Assembly: GCA_963666365.2 (NCBI GenBank)
Contig: CAXXNF010000001.1
Coordinates: 1,216,001-1,280,000, forward strand
Direction: 5' to 3'
Source of the DNA: Syntrophales bacterium
GTDB taxonomy: Bacteria; Desulfobacterota; Syntrophia; Syntrophales; UBA2210
DNA: 64,000 nt
Each line of letters starts with the position of its first letter. Within the stretch, counting starts at the first letter, position 1. Of this stretch, positions 56,213-64,000 are shown one piece after another. A program made the position numbers and the translations under genes. Under the pieces are notes generated by a model that did not search any database, was not told where the DNA came from, and was given only the letters and a program-made list of their open reading frames with translations.

Positions 56213-58021
56213 ATGAGAAAAGAAACCATCAGAAATATCGCAATTATCGCACACGTCGATCACGGAAAGACTACGCTGGTCGACGGAATGCTGAAACAGA
56301 GCGGCATCTTCCGGGACAACCAGCAGGTGGCCGAACGGGTCATGGATTCCATGGATCTGGAACGGGAGCGCGGCATCACCATCATGGCAAAAAACACGGC
56401 CGTCTGGTACGGCGACACAAAGATCAACATTGTCGATACGCCGGGGCACGCCGACTTCGGCGGCGAAGTTGAACGAAGCCTCAATATGGTAGACGGCGCG
56501 CTCCTTCTGGTGGATGCCAGCGAAGGACCGCTTCCGCAGACCCGCTTCGTCGTAAAAAAGGCCCTCGCCAAGGCACTGCCCATTATCGTGGTGATCAACA
56601 AAATCGACCGCAGTGACGCCCGCATCGACGAGGTGGTCAACGAAATCTACGATCTCTTCATCGATCTTGACGCAACGGAATCGCAGATAGAGTTTCCCAT
56701 TTTTTACACAAACGCAAAAACGGGCGTGGCCCATACCGTGCCGGGGGATGACTCCGATTCTCTGCGCCCTCTTTTTGAAGCAATTCTTTCCTATATTCCC
56801 GGTCCCGAAACCGACGACGACGCCGTTCCCCAATTTCTGATAACCAATCTCGAGTACGACGCCTACGTGGGACAGATAGCCGTGGGGAGATTGTCAATGG
56901 GAATGCTGGAAATGCAAAAATTCTACGCCCTTTGCGGCGCCGAAGAAACGACAAAGAACATAAAATTTTCCGCCCTCTATACCTTCGACGGCCTGGGCAG
57001 GGTAGCCATCGACCTCGCAGAGGCGGGCGACATCATTGCGCTGGCAGGCGTCCCCCAGGTGGCTATCGGCGACACGATTTCCGCGGCGGAGAATCCTCTG
57101 CCGCTTCCGCGCATTAATGTGGACGAACCGACGGTCGCAATGATTTTTTATGTCAACACCAGCCCCACGGCGGGCAAGGAAGGAAAATTCCTCACCTCGC
57201 GCCACCTCGGCGATCGTCTTCAGAAGGAAACGCTTCACAACGTCGCATTAAAGGTCAAATTGCTCGAGCGAAAAGACATGTTCGAAGTTTGCGGTCGCGG
57301 CGAATTGCAAATGGCCGTGCTTATCGAAACCCTTCGTCGCGAAGGATACGAGTTCATGGTTTCCAAACCGCGGGTCATCACAAAGGAAGAAAAGGGCGCA
57401 ATCCTCGAACCGGTGGAGCGGCTCCTGATCGACATTCCCGAAGAGTATATCGGAACGGTAACGGAAAAACTGGCCGTCAGAAAAGGGCGCATGACCAACC
57501 TGGTCAACAAGGGAAGCGGCCGGAGCACCATGGAGTTTCTGATCCCCTCGAGAGGGTTGATCGGATTCCGCAGCCATTTTATGACCGATACCAAGGGCGC
57601 CGGCATCATGAATACGCTTTTCGAAGGGTATCATCCCTGGTTCGGCCCCATTCCTCAGCGGGCAAACGGCGCCATGGTCGCCGACAGGGCAGGGCGGGTC
57701 ACCGGCTATGCCTGCTACGCCATGACCGATCGGGGTGAACTGTTTGTAGAGGTGGGCTCCGATGTCTACGGCGGCATGATCGTAGGGGAACGGAACAAGC
57801 CGGGCGACCTTCCGATCAACATCACCAAGGAAAAACATCTCACCAACATGCGAAGCGCCACCTCCGACGCCACCATCACGCTTCGCCCTCCGCGGCGGCT
57901 CTCGCTGGATCAGTCCATTGAGTTCATCGCTGAAGACGAACTCATTGAGGTGACCCCCCTGAGCGTGCGCCTGCGGAAAATGGAACTGGACAAGGCGAAG
58001 CGGCCTTTGAAAAGCGCATAA
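56213..58021 (+). CDS. typA: Translational GTPase TypA/BipA
   Basis: [42 protein letters not shown] and EFI..DEL.EVTP..RLRK. Confidence 0.97.
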   Translation: MRKETIRNIAIIAHVDHGKTTLVDGMLKQSGIFRDNQQVAERVMDSMDLERERGITIMAKNTAVWYGDTKINIVDTPGHADFGGEVERSLNMVDGALLLVDASEGPLPQTRFVVKKALAKALPIIVVINKIDRSDARIDEVVNEIYDLFIDLDATESQIEFPIFYTNAKTGVAHTVPGDDSDSLRPLFEAILSYIPGPETDDDAVPQFLITNLEYDAYVGQIAVGRLSMGMLEMQKFYALCGAEETTKNIKFSALYTFDGLGRVAIDLAEAGDIIALAGVPQVAIGDTISAAENPLPLPRINVDEPTVAMIFYVNTSPTAGKEGKFLTSRHLGDRLQKETLHNVALKVKLLERKDMFEVCGRGELQMAVLIETLRREGYEFMVSKPRVITKEEKGAILEPVERLLIDIPEEYIGTVTEKLAVRKGRMTNLVNKGSGRSTMEFLIPSRGLIGFRSHFMTDTKGAGIMNTLFEGYHPWFGPIPQRANGAMVADRAGRVTGYACYAMTDRGELFVEVGSDVYGGMIVGERNKPGDLPINITKEKHLTNMRSATSDATITLRPPRRLSLDQSIEFIAEDELIEVTPLSVRLRKMELDKAKRPLKSA

Positions 58022-58022
58022 G

Positions 58023-58116
58023 ACAATTCCGGGGACAGTATACATAATTAACTGCAAATCCCTCCGGTGAAGGGAAACGAGACAGATTGAATTATGTATA
58101 CTGTCCCCGGAATTGT
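58023..58116. repeat. Perfect 27-bp inverted repeat (REP-like) between convergent genes
   Basis: ACAATTCCGGGGACAGTATACATAATT at 58023-58049 and its exact reverse complement at 58090-58116. Confidence 0.9.
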
Positions 58117-58120
58117 ACCG

Positions 58121-60304
58121 TTACGGCTCGCACTCTAAACGTTCATTAGTGTCATAATCGTACCTGTAGTTACAGGTGTCATCATCGTTGTAATATGTCC
58201 ATATGCCGCTTCGTACCCAGTTCGTGAACTGTCCCTCGGTCTTGCGAGCTCCGTTGTCGTACCATTGTTTGTATGGTCCATGCGGCTCGCCGTTGACCCA
58301 GTAGGCCTCCTCTTGTATGTTTCCGTTTTTGTACCAGACCGTCCAGAGCCCATCCCTTGCTTGTTCTTCTCCGGTTCCCCACGTTCCCTCCTCACGCTTT
58401 TGCCCGTTATCCCACCAGGTAGTTTCAAGACCCTCCACTTTACCCATATTATAATAATACTCTTGATTTTTTACGCCGTTCTCATGCCATGTTGTACGGC
58501 GTCCATGAGAGGTGTTTTCATAATAACACTCCGCAACAAGGAGCTGGCTTCGAGAACTGTCCCACCACAAATAATAGGGCCCGTGTTTTACATACACATA
58601 ACCATACCCATCGACCCATGTTCTCTCTTTGTAGTAAAATAATTCACTGTTATAATCATAAACCAATAACCCGGCAAAGTCCACATCCCACCCGCAGTTA
58701 TGTTCGTAAGGGGGCGGCTCAATGTCTTTGACATCGCCGCTTTCCTGTAACAGGAGATCGTCACCGGAAAGATTCGGCAGCAGGGTTCCTGCAGTGGACG
58801 CGGTCACCGTAAAGGATGTTTCCGTTTCATTTTCATCCTTGGCCGTATAGTCGCCGTTGGGCAGCATATTGTCCGGTGAGAGGCGTTTGTAGACCAGATC
58901 TTTTCTGATCGATTCGCCTGCGGGATTTTCAGGGCGCTGAACGGCCTGTGTGAGATTTCCCCCCGGGGTCTGCAGAATACTGATAATGTGACCCGTGGTA
59001 TCGACGGTGGTTTTGGTGAAATCGGTCAGATTCGAAATAACCAGTTTCGCCTGGCCGGTGAAGGCGTCCTTCACCGAAAGCAGGCAGTACCCGTCGTAGG
59101 TCAGCCCCTTGGCAATGCTCAACCCGCTCCAGATGGTTTTCGCCGTTTGCAGATTTGCCTGCCCGTCGGGACCGAAGGCGCCCTCCAGGGCGGGATTTGT
59201 GAGAACGCCCATAATGCCGTCACCGAAGCTGAACCCGCCGTTTATCGCCCCCTGAATAATATTTTTCCCCTGGGTTCTCAGTATGTAGTCCGCGGTCCTG
59301 TACCCCAAGGCGCCCGCCTGGTACATTTTTGTCGTCGTGCGGATTGTCTGGGCGGCCTTAAACACGCCCAGGGCGGCCTGCCCGCCGGCAACGAACGAAA
59401 GGGCCGTGTTGGCCGTATCGGCGGCTATTTTTATTTCCGTGGCCGTCTTTTCCGCCGCTTCATACTGAATTGCCTTGGCGTTTTCCTGCTCCGCCACGAC
59501 ACTGTAATGTGTCTTCAACACGGAATAGGCCTTCCGGACACTTATTTTATTGCGCTCGGCAATGGTCTTGACATCGATCTTGTGCCCGCCGGGGGTGGTT
59601 TTCCCATAGTTATCGATATACCATTGCAGTTTGGGGTCCACATTCAATTCCAGCGCTGCGCGGGGCAGTTGCTGCGCTGTCCGTATGTCGGCGGCTTCAA
59701 TGCCTTCGTGGATGCGAATGATTTCATCATACTTCCCTTCGGCAATTTCGAAGCTTTTCATCATGGCCCGGTAACGGTTCAACAGCGTCGCCGCAGGGGT
59801 GCTTTCGGCCACCATGTAAAAGGAATTATAAAGAATCACACTCTGCAAGTCGGCCTCATTGGCCGCCACTATCGCCCGGGCCAACGCGTCTTCATCTGCC
59901 GGGGAAATGCCCGAGACGGCGCTGTCGCGGGGTGTCAGGGTTTCTTCTTCCAGTGTTTCGGCAACGGCCAGTTCCGTCGCCGGATCAGCCCAGATCTGTC
60001 TGACCACATACTGCATGGAATAGAGCGCGTCGCTCATGTCGATCTTTCCGTCGTTCGTGACGTCCCGTGCCTGTGGAACCGTCCTTCCGGACACCACCTG
60101 GAGCGACATGATCACATCGGCCAATTCCGGCAGGACCAGATCCGCGGCCCGTGCCGTCGAAGGAAAAAAAAAGAGCGCAAGGGATATGAGGCTGACAAGA
60201 ATCAGCGCATGTCGAGAAAGTCCCGAAGAACCTCCGGCACGGCGGCGCCCCCTTGCATGGAACTGAGTGGATGGTCTGTGGTATGGTGGCTGGTCGGAGG
60301 GCAT
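58121..60304 (-). CDS. Large exported protein: dockerin-like N-terminal loop, unknown core, C-terminal MORN-variant (YwqK-like) repeats
   Basis: Hydrophobic signal ending TARA, DVTNDGKIDMSDALY, and repeats HG..TTWHENG, EG..TTWWDNG, DG.W..WYKNG, HG.Y.QWYDNG. The start is inferred from a GGGAGG RBS. Confidence 0.75.
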   Translation of the reverse strand: MPSDQPPYHRPSTQFHARGRRRAGGSSGLSRHALILVSLISLALFFFPSTARAADLVLPELADVIMSLQVVSGRTVPQARDVTNDGKIDMSDALYSMQYVVRQIWADPATELAVAETLEEETLTPRDSAVSGISPADEDALARAIVAANEADLQSVILYNSFYMVAESTPAATLLNRYRAMMKSFEIAEGKYDEIIRIHEGIEAADIRTAQQLPRAALELNVDPKLQWYIDNYGKTTPGGHKIDVKTIAERNKISVRKAYSVLKTHYSVVAEQENAKAIQYEAAEKTATEIKIAADTANTALSFVAGGQAALGVFKAAQTIRTTTKMYQAGALGYRTADYILRTQGKNIIQGAINGGFSFGDGIMGVLTNPALEGAFGPDGQANLQTAKTIWSGLSIAKGLTYDGYCLLSVKDAFTGQAKLVISNLTDFTKTTVDTTGHIISILQTPGGNLTQAVQRPENPAGESIRKDLVYKRLSPDNMLPNGDYTAKDENETETSFTVTASTAGTLLPNLSGDDLLLQESGDVKDIEPPPYEHNCGWDVDFAGLLVYDYNSELFYYKERTWVDGYGYVYVKHGPYYLWWDSSRSQLLVAECYYENTSHGRRTTWHENGVKNQEYYYNMGKVEGLETTWWDNGQKREEGTWGTGEEQARDGLWTVWYKNGNIQEEAYWVNGEPHGPYKQWYDNGARKTEGQFTNWVRSGIWTYYNDDDTCNYRYDYDTNERLECEP

Positions 60305-60528
60305 GCCCTCCCCATCGAATCCGTCATTTGCGTAACCCGACATGGCTGGCGTTCCTCCTGAAGCGTAGGATACTTTTTCCCGCACTATAAATGAAATATC
60401 CCTTACAGGTCAATGCCTATTTAAGAAACATAGAGGATATATTGCCCCCAAAACCGTTATTCTGTATACTGATGTGAAACCGGCTTATAACAAAGGATCG
60501 TTCGACCATTCGGAAAGGACGCATTGCC

Positions 60529-61323
60529 ATGGCACACGTTCAGTATTGTTTCTGGAGTGGCGGCGGTATTCACAGGGGTGCCTTCACATCATCACTATCG
60601 GCGCTGCGCGGTCTGTGCCTCGCGATCGCAGGTTGTTGTATGCTCCTGTGGGCACTCGATTGTCGGGCCGATGCCGATCCTCCAGATACCTATACCCCGG
60701 CGAGAGAACGCATGGTAGTCGAGCAAATCGAAGCCCGGGGAATTCACAACCCGCAAGTCCTCACTGCCCTGAGAACCGTGAAACGGCATCTCTTTGTTCC
60801 CGAGGAACGCCGCGACGAGGCATACGAAGACTATCCCCTCCCAATCGGCGAAGGACAAACGATTTCTCAGCCCTACATCGTCGCGTTGATGACGGAAGTG
60901 GTCGATCCGAAACCGCATATGAAGGTACTTGAAATCGGGACCGGCTCAGGCTACCAGGCGTCGGTACTGGCCGAGGTGTGCGGAAGTGTGTACACGATCG
61001 AGATAGTCGAAACACTGGGCAGGCGGGTGGAAAAGATGCTCTCGGAGCTTTATAAAAACGTGCATGTCAGAATCGGCGATGGCTATCAGGGATGGCCGGA
61101 AGCGGCGCCTTTCGACGCGATTCTCGTCACCTGCGCACCGACAAAGGTTCCTCAACCGCTTGTGGACCAGCTGAAGGAGGGCGGCAGGATGGTCATTCCC
61201 GTGGGAGGCGCCTGGATGCAGAAGTTGGTGGTGCTTACGAAAAAGGAAGGTCGCATTCGGGAGCACGCGATCATTCCGGTCCGTTTCGTGCCCATGGTGG
61301 ATCGCAAAGGAAAAACATATTGA
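60529..61323 (+). CDS. pcm: Protein-L-isoaspartate O-methyltransferase
   Basis: RHLFVP, AYED.PLPIG.GQTISQPYIV, VLEIGTGSGYQA, GDG..GW...APFD and VRFVPM. Confidence 0.95.
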   Translation: MAHVQYCFWSGGGIHRGAFTSSLSALRGLCLAIAGCCMLLWALDCRADADPPDTYTPARERMVVEQIEARGIHNPQVLTALRTVKRHLFVPEERRDEAYEDYPLPIGEGQTISQPYIVALMTEVVDPKPHMKVLEIGTGSGYQASVLAEVCGSVYTIEIVETLGRRVEKMLSELYKNVHVRIGDGYQGWPEAAPFDAILVTCAPTKVPQPLVDQLKEGGRMVIPVGGAWMQKLVVLTKKEGRIREHAIIPVRFVPMVDRKGKTY

Positions 61324-61401
61324 AATAGTGGCGGGAAAAGCAAGGACAAGTCACAGGATATTACGGATACTGTTCCCGCACTATTCGTTCCGGGTGAAAA
61401 G

Positions 61402-61812
61402 TTAAATTACTGCCGTTGCTTCAATTTCGAGCAACATACCGTCGAACATAAGCCTCTTGATCTCCACCAGGGTACTTGCCGGATAATAGTCTCCGAAGTA
61501 TTTGTTATAAATCCGGCTGAGCTCTCTTCCTTGTGACAAAAACGCGTCCCGGTCGGTGCAGTATACCGTCATTCTGACTATATCGGTCATCTTTGCACCC
61601 CCGGCCGCCATTACCTCCTGAATATTTGACAGTATCTGTTCATACTGGCGGCACATGTCCCCTTCGCCCACGAGATTCCCATTGACGTCGGAAGCCCCCT
61701 GACCTGCGGCAAACAGAATCGCGCCACCTGCAGTCTTAACCAGATTCGAATATCCGCGGGGACTTTTCCAGGCCGCTGGATTCAAGACTTCCTTGACAAT
61801 GCTACTGCTCAT
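61402..61812 (-). CDS. RidA/YjgF/UK114-family protein
   Basis: GYS, LF.AGQ, N...V....G....DIV, YP.STLVE...L and LLEIEA.A. Confidence 0.88.
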   Translation of the reverse strand: MSSSIVKEVLNPAAWKSPRGYSNLVKTAGGAILFAAGQGASDVNGNLVGEGDMCRQYEQILSNIQEVMAAGGAKMTDIVRMTVYCTDRDAFLSQGRELSRIYNKYFGDYYPASTLVEIKRLMFDGMLLEIEATAVI

Positions 61813-61883
61813 ACTTTTTTATCCTCCTTATTAGTATGCAATTTAATAGCAGTGAAAGGAGGATAAAGTCCAGAAAATAGAAG

Positions 61884-62135
61884 TTATCGCAATTTCCGGA
61901 ATAGTGCCACAGCCATGCCCGCAATGACCAGCGCCGTAAGTCCGTAGAGAAACAGGTCGCCCCAACGCGCATAGTCCTCCAGAATTCTCTTGCGCTTCTT
62001 GCGAACGATTCCTCCCTCTTTAATCAAACGGGTCGTCTTCTTTCTCGACAACCCCAGCGCATCCGCCGTCTGGCGAATGCTCAAGCCCTCCACTTCCCGA
62101 AGATGACGCACCTGATTCACTAAATGATCCTCCAT
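61884..62135 (-). pseudogene. Chimeric remnant: IS21-like transposase N-terminal HTH joined to an Lnt-like C-terminal TM tail
   Basis: VRHL..VEGLSIRQ.A..LGLSRK resembles the IstA HTH. It is followed by YARWGDLF plus a hydrophobic helix. No integrase core is present. Confidence 0.55.
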
Positions 62136-62229
62136 TTCCCGAACTCCTTTCCTGTGGATTCTCTCCCCAATAGGGGCGTCACGGTTCGGTGTAAATCACG
62201 CCGCCTCCTTTCGTCCATCTCGTCTTGTA

Positions 62230-62574
62230 TCACCAGCCATGGGTCACAAAAGTAATGCCGTCAAGCTTTCGCAGAATGATCTCGTCTTGTATCACCCCCG
62301 TCTTCTCTTCCGGGATCAGTAAAGCATACTGCCTTACTGGCTTTGCGCGGGGTCTCTCGTCTTGTATCATCTCTTGACATTTTTTCCTCCGCCGCCATTC
62401 TTTCACGTACGCATACCGATTCTTGAAGTAGCCTTCGTTCTGTGCCACCCATCGCTTCTGGGCCTCCTGCTTCCGCTTCCGTCGACAGTCCGAACGGCTG
62501 CATGCCTTCTGCCGCTCGCCCACTCGTCGATCAGGCGTAAAATACCGCCCGCAATACACACATCGCTTTCTCAA
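62230..62574 (-). CDS. Basic Zn-finger-like accessory protein of a decayed IS21-like element
   Basis: C.YC...F.PD.R...RQKAC...C with IQDE repeats. Lies directly upstream of the IstA-like fragment. Confidence 0.55.
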   Translation of the reverse strand: MRKRCVYCGRYFTPDRRVGERQKACSRSDCRRKRKQEAQKRWVAQNEGYFKNRYAYVKEWRRRKKCQEMIQDERPRAKPVRQYALLIPEEKTGVIQDEIILRKLDGITFVTHGW

Positions 62575-62923
62575 CGGCCGCCTCCCTTTGCGTTGCTCCC
62601 CCCGGGGCAGCCTTCGTTCTACCTGCTGAATATTATTTTTATAAATATGGATTTTAAAAAGATTGTACCTGAATGCGAATGCTTTGGTTGGGTAACGGGT
62701 GTCTCTATGCTCTCTAAATCCTCATCGTAATCCCCCGCATATCTTCTCTCCCCCGAACCCCTGGAACCGCTCCTGCCGTTTTTGGCCTACTTTTCTCTAC
62801 CGCTAACACACACGAAGGGATTGCGACTTTATGCCAGTCGCTAAAGCCTTCCCATGTTCTAGGGTATAGTTCTATCGGAAACGACCTGACATACGAAGGG
62901 ATCTTATTATTGAAAGTACCTGA

Positions 62924-63058
62924 TGTCATTGCAAGTGACCGAAGGAAGCGCGGCAATCTCATCCGTGCACTGCACTCATGTTATGAGATTGCTTCGCCGC
63001 TTCGCGTCTCGCAAAGACAAGAGGGGAGGGTCTTTCGTCGCTGCGCTTCTCCAATGAC
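62924..63058. repeat. REP-like palindromic cluster (GTCATTGC...GCAATCTC / GAGATTGC...GCAAAGAC type)
   Basis: Arm 62924-62960, inverted arm 62985-63019 and a degenerate third arm at about 63032-63058. Confidence 0.7.
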
Positions 63059-63445
63059 CCATATGTGTTATGCCCATAAAGATTCTCAGGATAGAGGACC
63101 GATGTGCGCTTTGTGAGTAAGCCCTTCATTTTCTCCTGAAGAGACGCCATTGAGGCAGAGAAAAATATTTTTTTCTCTTTTCCTCAGCGCCTCTGCGTAA
63201 AGAAATATGATGGTATGATGTGTGCTGTAAATTTATAAGGAGCATGATGACCGCCGTCTACAGGCGCGTATCATGCTGTTATAAAAGAGATTAATAGAAC
63301 GCTGAACGGCGAGGATGGAAAGAAATGTCGAATATTTTCTGTCTACTGTTCCGATATCTTCATTATTTCAATGATGTACCGCGTATTCGCAATTTGAGAC
63401 AGTCGACAAATTCGTCGAATAGAGGACGGAATTCAGGCTCGTGAG

Positions 63446-63850
63446 ATGCACAGTCAGCACATACTGATCGTTGAGGATTGGGAATCACAGCTTTTTTTAC
63501 TCAAGGGATTTCTTATTCGAGAGGGATTCCTGGTTGGCGAGGCGGAAAACGGTCTACAGGCCATCCAATGCGTGAGTAAAACGCATTTTGATACCATACT
63601 TCTCGATTACAAGATGCCGGGCATGGACGGCCTGGCAGTGCTGAGAGCGATCAGAAAAATCGACCCCTCACTCGACGTTGTGATTATTTCCGCATATGGA
63701 ACGATCGAGCGCGCCGTTGAGGCGATGGAAACAGGCGCCTATTCCTACATGACAAAGCCCGTTGATCTGGACACACTGCTCACGCTTCTGGACCAGCTGT
63801 CGAAACGTCGCGTGCGGCGTACACAGGCGCGTAACCCGAAGGCGCCGTAA
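63446..63850 (+). CDS. Stand-alone response regulator receiver domain (resembles the NtrC/AtoC N-terminus)
   Basis: ILIVED, phosphoacceptor LLDYKMPGMDG, ISAYGTIE.AV.AM..GA and KP. No output domain. Confidence 0.85.
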   Translation: MHSQHILIVEDWESQLFLLKGFLIREGFLVGEAENGLQAIQCVSKTHFDTILLDYKMPGMDGLAVLRAIRKIDPSLDVVIISAYGTIERAVEAMETGAYSYMTKPVDLDTLLTLLDQLSKRRVRRTQARNPKAP

Positions 63851-64000
63851 AATTTCGCGGAGATTGACGGTTCAATATCTGAAGGGTTTTGTGGTAACTA
63901 CTCTGTTTTTCAACTCCTTGACATTGAGGCATTTATTGTCGTAAGTTCGAATCTCAAGGGCACTGCTTGTATCACATCAACGGCCCTGTGGTCTGATCGG

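Noticed and set aside
58121..58720. Diversity-generating retroelement target
   Set aside because: I saw no reverse transcriptase and no template-repeat copy of this region in the window.
63140..63200. Another REP-like palindrome (GAGGCAGAG...CTCAGCGCCTCTGCG)
   Set aside because: It is too degenerate and occurs once in the window, so it cannot be called.
63940..63965. tRNA fragment or att site (GTTCGAATC)
   Set aside because: There is no convincing T-stem or acceptor-stem pairing around it.

Overview
This is a bacterial chromosomal segment of moderately high GC. Its gene content points to an anaerobic fatty-acid/acyl-CoA metaboliser, probably a Syntrophales-like Desulfobacterota (inference). 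There are about 58 CDS and one tRNA-Val(CAC). Acyl-CoA metabolism is prominent: buk/ptb-like genes, an ADP-forming acyl-CoA synthetase fused to a GNAT domain, three crotonases, two acyl-CoA ligases and a CoA transferase. Also present are a GAF-GAF-PAS class III cyclase, mrfAB-like DNA repair genes, htpX, an AAA+/VWA pair, fba, ychF, typA, pcm, bcp and a Crp/Fnr regulator with an FNR-type box. Accessory features include an AT-rich island (about 51-55.5 kb), a decayed IS21-like element near 62 kb and at least four unrelated families of intergenic palindromic repeats. The main findings are: (1) a 49-codon membrane micro-protein missed by the ORF track, with an in-frame TGA followed by an fdhF-like SECIS hairpin, i.e. 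a candidate selenoprotein at 46062-46211; (2) a CysRS paralog that has lost zinc/cysteine-recognition residues and the anticodon domain; (3) a RuvC-like nuclease gene downstream of mrfAB; (4) a three-gene module (PAS-LuxR, acyl-CoA ligase, orphan binding protein) that occurs twice. No CRISPR array, rRNA or intact prophage was seen. All calls come from reading motifs by eye; no database searches were run.
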